64,000 nucleotides of DNA, taken from positions 11,235,477 through 11,299,476 of the forward strand of contig CM082593.2 in assembly GCA_040954595.2 (NCBI GenBank), read 5' to 3'. The notes under the pieces are model-generated. The model saw only the letters and a program-made list of their open reading frames with translations, searched no databases and was not told the origin of the DNA. A program made the translations under genes and the position numbers. Position 1 is the stretch's first letter, and every line of letters starts with the position of its first letter. This DNA comes from Balanoglossus misakiensis. Its lineage: Eukaryota; Animalia; Hemichordata. This document shows positions 47,225-58,393 of this stretch, one piece after another.

Positions 47225-48700
47225 CTTACAAAGTGTATTACCTCCAACACCCCATGGACGGTATCATGTCATCACCAGTAGCTATAGGTTCTTTTAACAC
47301 CTTGAGAGAAAAAAATGGATTGTTACTGATAGATTACAAAGCACTGACAATACAAGAGGGGGAGGGGTAAGGTTTGTTGAGAGCAGTTGTTTTTTGCTAA
47401 ACATTAGTGAAAATATGAAATTATTGACATGTAGGATTTCAATTTTATGATGTAAGAGTATTTTATAATATCTCACCGGGACTTCAGTTGTCGCTGTAGT
47501 ATTTAACCCAAGTTTAACTGTGCCACCCACGTCCATGCATGGCAAGGTTTTCTCTCCCAAAAGTTTCAGTTTGGTATCCCAGTTACCATCAGTTGCACTT
47601 ACTCCACGCCTTCTAAGTTGAATGCGATTTACCATCACAGGATTCATACTGTGGTGCAAAGACAATTAAAAACATCGATTGTAAGTCATTTAGTAGTGAT
47701 ACCATTGTGACCAAACCTCGTTTTAAAATACATGTAATCTGTACTCGAAACTATCATTTTTTTCTTTCTAGAATATTAGAACGCGCTCAAAAATAAAAAT
47801 GCGACCTGTAAGCGAGTGCCGCGTTTCAATTGGTACTGACGATAAACACCGCCACTCGGAGATAAAATCAACGTTTTTTTTTTTTTAATGCAAGTGAACG
47901 CATGGAGGCGGCCATATTGAATTTAGGTTACATCCCAAGACATTCCGACTGGTCTTCAGGTGGATTCGGGAAAGGTCTCTAAAACATAATCGGTCATCCA
48001 ATTTTGTATACTAAATTTCTAAAAATGTAGGACATGGGAGGTTAACATACCCACAATGACTACACACAAAAAAGGGCCCAGGCGTTTCGGGGTGCGATTG
48101 TTACGTACCTTAGCTCCATCATCTGCAACCATGCAGCCAAGGCGTGGCAGTGAAATTGTGCCTCATTGAGGATACAGTCTAGATCCGGAATTCAGCCAAC
48201 GGCAAACTGTTTAGCGTGCCTTGTATGCAGCAGGATGGCAACGTTCTAGAACTTAAATTCTGGAAAGAAAATCCGAAATAGCTGAACAGATAACAGAAGA
48301 GAGAATACATACAGCTCCGCAACTTTTCCACTGGAAGATATAACACCATTTGCCTCTATGATAGAGCAAAGGTATGTTATAATCGCACCCCGAAACTTAT
48401 GGGCCTTTTTTTTGACGTAGTCATTTCGGGTATCTTAACCTCCCATCTTCTACATTTTTAGAAATTTACTCTACAAAATTGAATGACCCATTACATTTTA
48501 GAGACCTTTCCCGAATTCAACCGAAGCCTAATCGGAAGGTCTTCGGATGTAATCCAATATGGCAGCCTCCATGCGATCACGTACATTGAAAATCCATTGA
48601 TTTCATCGCCGATTACCGATGTTTATCGTCAATACCGATTCAAACGCGGCACTCGTTTACAAGTCGCATTTATTTTTGATCGCGTTCCAATATTTTAAAC
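47225..48700 (-). pseudogene. Degenerate OB-fold gene remnants (exons 2-3 on minus, an exon-1 piece inverted on plus)
   Basis: ~47478-47652 is the reverse-complement paralogue of ~22334-22506; ~48130-48600 is a plus-strand paralogue of ~51405-51870 carrying stop codons. Confidence 0.7.
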
Positions 48701-48974
48701 AAACTAGATTACTGATAAAAATGCTCAAAATTTTTCCTCCAAATGCCACCTTTACGGATTCAGTCACACAACTTACAGACTACGCCAAACTTTTTTCCAG
48801 ATCATACCTTGCGGACGTAAAGCGATGGATATACCTGAAAAATTGGTAACAGAATTGTATCATCCGCCACAAATAATGATATCAGAAGTCGAGATATCTC
48901 CACAGAAGAAGAGGGTGTGCGTTGTAGGAAAAGTCCATGATGTGAGTACTGTAAAATGTTGCACAAATAGCCGT

Positions 48975-51370
48975 TAAACCTGAAATATAGATTGAAAGTG
49001 GATATTGTTTTACACAATTTTTGAACAATGAAGTAAAGTATTAGAATGATGGAATCCGATAAAAAAAGTGATTTGGTAATTTCGGCATCCGACTTCGTTA
49101 TTAAAAATGGAAAGGTTTGCGATTCGGTTCAAGTAGTATTTGCAAGTTTGAAAGGAAATATTTCATTGAAGTACAGTGGCAACTACTGCATTATTGAGAA
49201 TCTTTGAAATGTTGATGAACGGAGACTTATAATCGAATAAATGAAAACCTACCTTTAACGGTGTTAGGGTTACTACACCTGACAGACCGCTGGTCTGCGT
49301 CCGACCGATTCTGAGCTCCTAGCTCTTGTGGAGACATGCGGAGGTACAGCGGGTTAACGGTTAGGAAGTGTTGATGAAAGGAATGATTAATTACATAGGC
49401 CAATCAGGATCCTGGAGTTAGATATTCGAGTGAAATGGTGGAAAAACGGGAATGCCGATTGGTTCAATTTAACCGGAGGGAAATTGCTACATTATATGAC
49501 GTCAGTTGCGAACGATAATGCATATATTAAGCTAAGGTTGAATCCGGTTTTTCCATCAAGCACAAGCATATTTCAGTCATAAAAAAAACGAAGAGAATAA
49601 CACTAAAAAAATATTTCCTTTTTAAAAACTTCACTATAACATTATTATAATGATGTACGTCGTACATAAAATGATACACGTGACATCGACTTGTTCAGAG
49701 TTTTAAAACAGGTAGAGAGTGCCCATGGGTAACCCGAAAACACACAAACCGGGTAAAAAATGAAAGTCCTGCGAAGGCCAGGAGTATACACTGAAAAATT
49801 ACAATAAATCTAGTACAAAGGTTTGTATCCTCACGAATAATTAACTCTGATTGCATAAGTTTATTTCCGTCTCATTACCTTCTGAAAGCAAATCACTCAC
49901 TTGCCGGTAAAAGTTGAGTAAAATACTACATCTAAACTGCATAGCGATGGCGGCCCATAAAAATAATTGCCCAGTGTCCCACTCGCAATGCACAACTTTT
50001 TAGGCCAAGTGCTAATGATATTCGAATTTTCGAAGGTTACGCAATATACACATACATGTATAAATATTAATTTATGAACAATTTCCAGTGTTCACGCTGG
50101 GATTTCTTTCGTTCTAGTTTACTCGTTATATAATGTACCAATTCCCTCCGGTAAGTTGAGCCGATTCCCATCACTTTGAGCCAATCGATATTCATGGTTT
50201 TTCAGCATTTCAGTCGACTATATTTACACCTGTTGCATGTCTTTGCAGTTTTTGACTTGACGCTTACAACCGAGTCGCACCGCACGCAGTACTATCTTGT
50301 TGTCTTCATGTTTAGTTGTTGTTTTGCGCACACTATTTGCACAAAAATATCTGCTCGTTTTGTTATCAACGATCGAGTATATGTTAGGAAGTCCGACATA
50401 GAGAACTTTGTTCTAAATATTCAATGCCCCACAAATGATATACTACACTGCTCGACACAACACACCCCAGCCATACTCCATTAGTACACGCCACAAACAC
50501 CGTATTTATACAGCCTGAGGGATTTCAGCTTCGAACTTATTGCCCAATCATATTCGACTATTTCCAACCAATCCCCTTCTGACTAATTGACCAATCACAC
50601 GCTTCGAGCATAATTTCCAAAAAAGGGAAAACTAACGAATTTGCTACATCTTTCCGGTTTCATCTTCAACAGTTTCTAACATTTTTTTGGACCCCCCCCC
50701 CCTCGATAAACACCCATACTCAAAGGGTAACTTCATTTAATTGTCAGTAAATAAAATCAATTCACAGTCTTATTACATGTACTATTTATAATATACTCAA
50801 ATTTCCACTACAAAATATCTGTATATGTGCGTTAAATTCTGAAATCTTTCCACCCAAACCTCTAGTTATGCAAATTTAAATTGCCGTCTGTTGCGTTCGC
50901 CTACGGTTTCTCATTTTCGGACATTCGAATCTAACTCCTGATTGGCCTATAAACTTATTTCTTTCATCAACACTTTCTAACCGTTAACCCGCTGTACCTC
51001 CGCATGTCTCCACAAGAGCTAGGAGCTCAGAATCGGATGAACGAGACAAGCGGTCTCTCACGTTTAGTAACCGTAACACCGTTAAAGGTAGGTTTTCATT
51101 GATTCTAATAAGTCTCCGTTCATCAACATTTCAAAAATTCTCCATAACCCAGTAGTTGCCACTGTGCTTCAATGAAATATTTCCTTTCAAACTTGCAAAT
51201 GGTAACCGAATCTCAAATCGCAAATCTTTCCATTTTTAATAACGAAGTCGGATGCCGCAATCACCAACTCACTTTTTTATCGGACTCCATCATTCTAATA
51301 CTTTACTTCAATGTTCAAAAATTGTGTAAAACAATATCCACTCTCAATCTATTTTTCAGGTTTAACGGCG
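48975..51370. promoter_or_regulatory. Inverted ~450-bp promoter/leader-exon/intron modules around a 1.5-kb spacer
   Basis: 48975-49430 is the reverse complement of 50922-51370; each arm has a CCAAT box, a donor aag|gtaggt and an acceptor tttcag|gtttaacggc. Confidence 0.6.
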
Positions 51371-51372
51371 TT

Positions 51373-52266
51373 ATGGCATCCCCGGCTCCCGGTCCCTCAT
51401 CCCCAACCAGCCAAGGCGTGGCACTGAAATTGCGCCTCATGGAGGATGTCGAGATCCGGAATTCCGCCAACGGGAAACTGTTTAGCGTGCCTTGTATGCA
51501 GCAGGATGGCAACGTTCTGGAACTTAAATTCTGGAAAGAAAATCCGAAGTGGCTGAACAGATTACAGAAGGGAGAATACGTACAGCTCCGCAACTTTTCC
51601 ACTGGAAGAGATAATACCATTTGCCTCTATGATAGAGCAAAGGTACGTTATAATCGCACCCCGTAACTTATGGGCATGACTTTTTTTTTGCCATAGTCAT
51701 TTTGGGTATCTTAACCTCCCATCTTCTACATTTTTAGAAATTTACTCTACAAAATTGAATGACCCATTACATTTTAGAGACCTTTCCCGAATTCAACCGA
51801 AGCCCAATGGGAAGGTCTTCGGATGTAATCCAATATGGCAGCCTCCATGCGATCACGTACATTGAAAATCCATTTATATGATACAACCATGCCTTGTCAA
51901 CTCACCTCGGGTCAAAATTACTGCCATCGATTCATCATTTTGCAGTTCAAATTTTAAAAAGCAACTGACAAAAAACAACCACTCTTGCACTATTTCTCCA
52001 CAACATTTACTACTCGTAATTATTAACATTCAATGTTTTCCATTTTATTTCCACTACAGTATGAATCAGTGACACATACATCGAATTCTACAAAGAGACG
52101 TAAACTGACCATAACTGATGGCACAAGAGATGCTGAAGTCAACCTTTGGGGTGAGAAAACAGCGCTGCCACTGGATGTAGGTGCCACAGTTAAACTAGGC
52201 CCATTGGTTATCAACAGATATAAAACATCGTCCACATTAAATACAACAGCGACAACTGAAGTGGAG
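51373..52266 (+). CDS. Spliced OB-fold ssDNA-binding (RPA1-like) gene, two exons, 3'-truncated
   Basis: Exons 51373-51642 and 52060-52266, phase 0, GT-AG; KRRKLTITDGTRDAEVNLWGEK..VGATVKLGPLVINRYKTSSTLNTTATTEVE fits the RPA-type OB pattern (D.T....LWG). Confidence 0.7.
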
Positions 52267-52289
52267 GTGAGACATAAAATACTGTTCCT

Positions 52290-53708
52290 GATGCTCCGTG
52301 AGAACTGTCAAGTAGCCACGGTTCTAGGCGACATAGGATGGATGTCCACGGTACGGGAGGAGGCCATGCATGTATACGGGAAGGAAAAGACCGAAGCCAA
52401 CCTGCCCGTACCATCCGACGCAGCCATAAAAACCTGCACACTACCTCGGGAGTTCAATCCAGGCCGCGTACGTGGGGGATTCGTTGGCCATATCTCCCCG
52501 CAAGAGCCCACAAGAACCACCACCGCAGCTGACGACCTGGAGGAAACTTTGAGCATCTTCCGGGATCCGCAGCTGGAAAAACAGGTACTCGGTGGCGACA
52601 AGGACCAGGAGATGGAGGTGTCGGAAGGGCCAGACCCACCCCGCACCCGTGTATCACCCCCAATAGCAGTAGCGAGAGACGGGGGAAACCAACGGCTGCT
52701 GCAGGAGCCATCACCCCCACGCCAAGAAATGCTGCCGCTGCAGTCACTGATCAACCCATTGGAGCTGGAGGCGACGTTGGAGGCGGGGGAATATCTAATC
52801 CCCTGGGAACTTCGACGCCACCCCGGCAACCCTACTAGGTCCAGATCCCCAACCCGGTCGCCGCGACCGGAGCGTTCTCGAGAGGAAAGGCGGGACCGCC
52901 CACCTTCCCGTTAACGACCATCCTTTTCACGCTGGGGAGACCTCAGCCCCAGACGTCGATCACCGATCCGGTTTCCGACGCCGGAACCGCCCAAAGAAGA
53001 CGAACGCCGCTGGAGGAGCGCCAGGCCGGCCCGAAGGAGCCCCCTATCCTCTGTTCCACATTACTCATCAGGCCCTTCTCCATGTCCGTTCCCGGGAGGC
53101 CGGAGGTCCACGCGCAAACTGAAGAAACACGCCTTTCAGTGCCACCTTCCAGTTATTTTTACTGAGAAGCCGGTAGTATTCCGCGAGCGGGACGCGGTGG
53201 AGGCGTTAGAGAAACTCACCTATACTGGCTGTGTGGTCCAGGAAATGAAATACCCGACCTGCTAGACTTCTATATCCGCAGGGGCGGACCTGGACGGATC
53301 CCTACGGAATCCTTTTGTTCACCGGAGTCCATGGTGATGATGAAGCGCCTGTGCGTCTTCCGGGGGTGGGAGGTGCCGAACAGGTTCCGACTGAGCTCCC
53401 CCACCACACCAGCGATTCTCATCCACTGGCGTGTCCTTAGCATACTGCTGAGGTGGGTATCCCAATCACGACAGGAAGAATTCCGGGAAATCCGACCTCA
53501 CCGGAAAACATCATCAATCCGGACACAGCAACCAGAGAGGACGGGGGCGGAAGCAGTCGCACAGAATCCATCGACGCAGGGGGAGCGAGGACGCGCCAGG
53601 GGTTTTTGATGCATTTTTTATCCCCCAAGCGTGCGCGGAGGAGTGCCGAGTGGAAGACGCGCCCACCACCATAGATGACCTCACTGACTACGATGTTGGT
53701 GTCCCCCC
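52290..53708 (+). pseudogene. GC-rich degenerate ORF resembling TatD-associated retroelement ORFs
   Basis: Across stops and frameshifts: CPFPG..RKLKKHAFQCHLPVIF, GWEVPNRFRLSSPTTPAILIHWRVLSILL, then GVFDAFF (cf. TatD N-terminal D.HxH) just before the LTR. Assignment from recalled protein motifs. Confidence 0.5.
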
Positions 53709-54131
53709 TGTTATGTTTCCATCAACATGGGAATAATAATGCGATCATAAGGTATAACAACAACCTATTTATTGATCGGCTGAAAAGACTCAACAATGTG
53801 CTTCGCCTTATCTGGGCGGAAGTGACATCGTACAGCAATTCATAAACAAGTGGAACACCAACAATGCAACACTAGAGGGCGCTATATTGATCGTAGCTGT
53901 CAGAATACTACATCCCCTCTTCTTTAAGATAAATTGTTTCAAAACTCTTTTTGAATACGAATGTCACTGTGAATTGTCCTGTGCAAACTCTGCATTCATC
54001 TTGAATCAGTCTTTGTCAAAATCATACGCAACAAACATGAAAAATACTCTGGGAAAAATGTGATAAATTTTCCTCTGTATAACTCAACTTTCTGTGGAAC
54101 AAATGGCGTATCTCAATATCAGAAAAAGCTA

Positions 54132-57100
54132 TCAATCAGTCACATAATCTTTGTATCGAGACGGCTTTTGTATATTTGTTCTGGTTCGTGTTGATCTCAA
54201 CGATTCTTGGGCTGGTGACGCTGGCATTGCGGGTTGTTGAGGCGGTGTTCTGTCTGTGACTGCTGGTGCAATATTGTGTTGATCCATCCCTGTCTGTGCT
54301 GGTTTCAGTTCTGCGCTGACTGGTTTCATGTGGATCCTGTTGCGTCGCATTTGTTTCCCGTTGTCTAACTTCACGGTGTAGGACCTAGGTGTGTTTGCTG
54401 GGGCTACAACTCTCGCTGGACTCCATGTTTTGCTGATTGGGCTTTGTACATGGACTTGTTGACCTGTCAGCAATTCTGGTAGTTGTCTGGAGTGCTGGTC
54501 GTGGCTGGAAGTCTGGGCCTGCTGTTGAGATGTCAGGTATTGACGAACTTCCTCCCCGTTTCTTGCTGGGTGAATTTTGGCTGGGAGAGTTGTCTTGTAT
54601 GCTCTGCTGTTCAGCAACTCAGCTGGTGATGGTATGTTGGACTTCAATGGAGTCGCGCGAAGTGCCAACAATGCTAGATTCGGATCATCTCCGGACTCTT
54701 TGCACTTCATCAGGATGTTCTTCACGGTCTGTACATGTCGCTCGATAAAACCGTGCCCTTTGGGATAGTATGGTGATGATGTGACTATCGCAAAACCATA
54801 CTTCTCAGTTAGGCTGTGGAAGTCTCTAGCTGTAAACTGAGATCCGTTGTCACAAACTAGTTTCTCGGGTATTCCTTGCTCTGCAAATAGAATTCGGAGG
54901 GCTCTCATAATGGTACTGGCTCTGAGGTCTTCAAGTTTCCTAATGAAGGGGAACTTGGAGTAGTAGTCAGCAACTATCATGTACCATGTTTGGTTCACGT
55001 AGAATAGGTCTGCTCCAATTGTGTGCCACGGTCGTGGTGGAATTTCCATTGGAATCATCGGTTCCTTCTGCTGGGAATTCTGGAATTTCTGGCACGCGTT
55101 GCATCCTGTTACTAGTCTCTCTATATCTTTACAAATTCCAGGCCAGTACACGCTGGATCTGGCTCTCAGCTTGCATTTCTCGATCCCCAGGTGACTGCTA
55201 TGAATGCGTTGTAGCATTTCATCTCTCATTACTGCTGGTATGAGGAGTCGGCTGCCTATCAGGATAATACCATCTTCGATAGCGATATCGTCTCGAATAG
55301 ACCAGTAGGGTCGAATATCAGCGTGAATGTCCTTGATGCTATCTGGCCATCCTTTCAGGACTTGCTGGATCAATAATTGAAGAATTTCATCTTTGGTAGT
55401 TTCTTCTTTGATCTCCATCTGTCTCATTGGTGTGATCTTCACCAGGTGGTGTATCTAGACTTTCATGTCACTGATTTCGTTCTGATCTTGTGGTGACAGT
55501 CTAGATAGTGCGTCGGCAAGTATCATCTGTTTGCCTGGCTTGTAGTGTATGGTGAAATCATACGGCTGTATGCGCAACAGCATTCTCTGTAATCGGGGTG
55601 GTGCCTTGGTCAAATTCTTCCTCTGAATTTGCTCCAACGGTCGATGATCACTCTCTACTATGAAACTTCTGCCGTAGAGATATGTGCGAAACTTCTCACA
55701 TCCGTAGACTACCGCGAGTAGTTCTCTTTCTATATTGGCGTATCGGGTTTCCGCTGGTGTCAGGGCCTTGGACGCAAATGCTATAGGTCTCTGTTCCTGT
55801 ATGAGCACCGCTCCGATTCCCTTTCCCGATGCGTCGACTTGTAGAGTGACAGGCTTCTTACGGTCGTAGTAAGCAAGTGTAGTCTTTGTGCTGATCAGGT
55901 CCTTGATCATATTGAAAGACTTTGTGTGTGTCGGAGACCACTCAAACTCAGTGTCGTCTCTGATGAGCTCTCTCAGTGGTGCTGTGTGTTCAGCTAATCT
56001 GGGTATGAATGAACCCATGTAGTTCACCATTCCGAGGAATGTGCGCAGTTCGTTCTTGTCTCTAGGCGGATGCATCATCTCTATCGCCTTGACCTTTTCT
56101 GGGTTGGGTTTAACTCCGTCTTCTGTGTATAACATGCCAAAGAAACTACATTCTTTTGTCTTGATGTAGCATTTCTCTTTGTTCAGTTTAATGCCTGCTT
56201 TCCTGGTTCGTTCCATGGCTTCGTGTAGATGCAGGTCATGGTGTCGCTCTCCTGATCCGAAGACTTGTATATCGTCTGCAATGCCGACTGCACCTTCACA
56301 CTCTCTGTATGTTTCATCAATTTTGAATTGAAACACATCTTGGCTCATCCTTAGCCCAAATGGCATTCGTAGGAATCTGTAACGGCCATATGGTGTGTTA
56401 AAGGTCGTCAGGAAGGATGATTCTTCATCGATCTTTACATTCCAGTATCCGTTCCGCGCGTCTAGCTTGCTGAAAAGTGTTGCGCCTGCCAACTTTGGGG
56501 TAATCTCCTCCAATGTGGGTGTAGGGTAATGATCCCTTTTAATGGCTTTGTTCAAGTCCTTCGGGTCCAGACAAATGCGAAGTCTTCCATTGTCTTTCTC
56601 CCGGACAACAAGAGAATTGACCCAGTTCGTAGGCTGGTTCACTTTGGCGATGATTTGCTTATCTTCCATCTCCTGCAGCTCGGTTTTGAGTCTATCCATT
56701 AGTTCTAATGGAACTCTGCGGGCAGGGTGTACTACTGGTTGTACTTCTGGATCAAGAGTGATGTGGTATGTGTAGTTTTCAAAACATCCGACCACGTCGT
56801 CAAAGCAATCAGGGTACATCCTCAGCAACTGTTCTTTGTTCTTTATGGGAGGGCGGTCCCTGATGGGTGTATTACTGTCTATGTAGTCATCTGCAGGGTT
56901 TCTGTTTCTTCCTGCTGGCTTCTGTTCGTTCATCTTTCTCTTTTCCACTTCCACATTTCTTCCAGGCTGTGCTGTCTTGCACTCTGGGCTCGCCTGCACT
57001 TGTATGGCTTCTACTGAACAGTTTATTTGTATCAGGTTTAAGGCTCTGCTTGCCTTTAACCCTAAAATGGCTGGGCCTGCGGCGTCAGTTACATAGAAGA

Positions 57101-58283
57101 GGCATCTGATTTTCCTCTCTCTATGTTCACATGGAATGACGATGGTGCCAAGCTGTTTGATTTTGGAACCTCCATATGCGGTAAGGATTGTTTTATTTTC
57201 CTTCAAGTGCCCGCGTTTTGGATTTCCGTGTTTATCCAGTTTCTCTGGAAATATGATCTTGAAAAGGCAGAGGGGCAGTATATTGCTCTGTGCACCGGTA
57301 TCAAACTTGCATCTCAGTGCTACTTTCCTTTTCTTTTCGCTCTGTGTGATTGTCAGTTTCGTGTATATTTCTTCTTGTCTGTTGATGTTGTCCAATGCAT
57401 TTATTTCGATAGTTCCAACATCTAGGACTTCATCATCTATTTGATGCATGTTGCTGCTCGAGCGTGTCACATTATGGATTGGTTTTCCACCTCGTCTCTG
57501 CTGTGACTTCGGTTCGCTTGAGCTGGTTTTGGAACGGCATACCGCCTGCCAGTGATTAGGTTTCCCACAATTTCGGCATTTCGAGCCATATGCTGGGCAG
57601 TTACTTTTCACTGAGGTGTCATGCTTTTTTCCGCAATGCTTACATTGTTTGGGGTGTGTCTTGTTGGGCTGCCTTTTTACTGCGTTGACAGCTTTGCTAT
57701 CCACAGGATTAGCAATATGGCAATTTGTGAGCGTTTTCATGTGTTTTGTTGTGGCTTCGTGACCTCTAGCTATATCGAGCGCCTCCTTCAAGGTCAGTTT
57801 CTCATCACGCCCAATAAGTTTCTTCTGTATTTCTTGGTGACAGATCCCCCATATCAACTGATCTACGAGTCTTGCTTCCTGTTCTTTTGTATCCCCAAAT
57901 TTGCATTTGGCGGCTTCATTTTTCAATTTCGAAAAGAAATCATCAACTGGTTCTCCAGGGTCTTGTCTCATATCTTGGAATTGGTATCTATGTATGCGAT
58001 GATTCGACTTCGGCTCTAAGTGTTCGGAAAATTTGTCGAATAGTACTGTGGGGTCTTTCCGCTGGTCTTCATTTTCAAACGACCAACTGTTGTATTTGTC
58101 AAGACCTGGTTCACCGGACCATAGAAGTATGTAGCTAGCTTTCTCTTCATCGTTAGCATCTTTAAGTGCTGTCTTAAATGTTAACTCACATTTTTGACGA
58201 AAACGACTGAAGGCTATTGCTAGATCTGGCGCGTCCCATTCCATCTTTGGGGCTGTGAAGGGCGTTTGTAGTGCGGCCGCCAT
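54132..58283 (-). CDS. Gag-Pol polyprotein with one in-frame TAG at 55455-55457
   Basis: Zn knuckle CRNCGKPNHWQAVC; protease FDTGAQ; RT LDARNGYW, RMPFGL, IADDI; RNase H VDASGKG, ESDHRPL; integrase HSSHLG..C..C, ADLF, CDNGSQF, GFIER. The two track ORFs are in the same frame. Confidence 0.95.
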
Positions 58284-58379
58284 CTTGTCAGGTCAGTTCG
58301 ATGGTCTTTTCTTCTGTAGTTTTGGTGTCTTGTGTAGTCGATAGTGTGTAAAGTCTGCTTACATCTGATCACTCACGTT

Positions 58380-58393
58380 CACCGCTGCCACCA
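58380..58393 (-). promoter_or_regulatory. Primer-binding site complementary to the tRNA-Leu 3' end
   Basis: TGGTGGCAGCGGTG immediately inside the 5' LTR; complements ...CACCGCTGCCACCA of tRNA-Leu(AAG/TAG). Confidence 0.8.

Noticed and set aside
52033-52914. 293-aa ORF as a single protein
   Set aside because: Chimera: OB exon 2 ends at a donor (52266) and the frame runs by chance into an unrelated GC-rich fragment.
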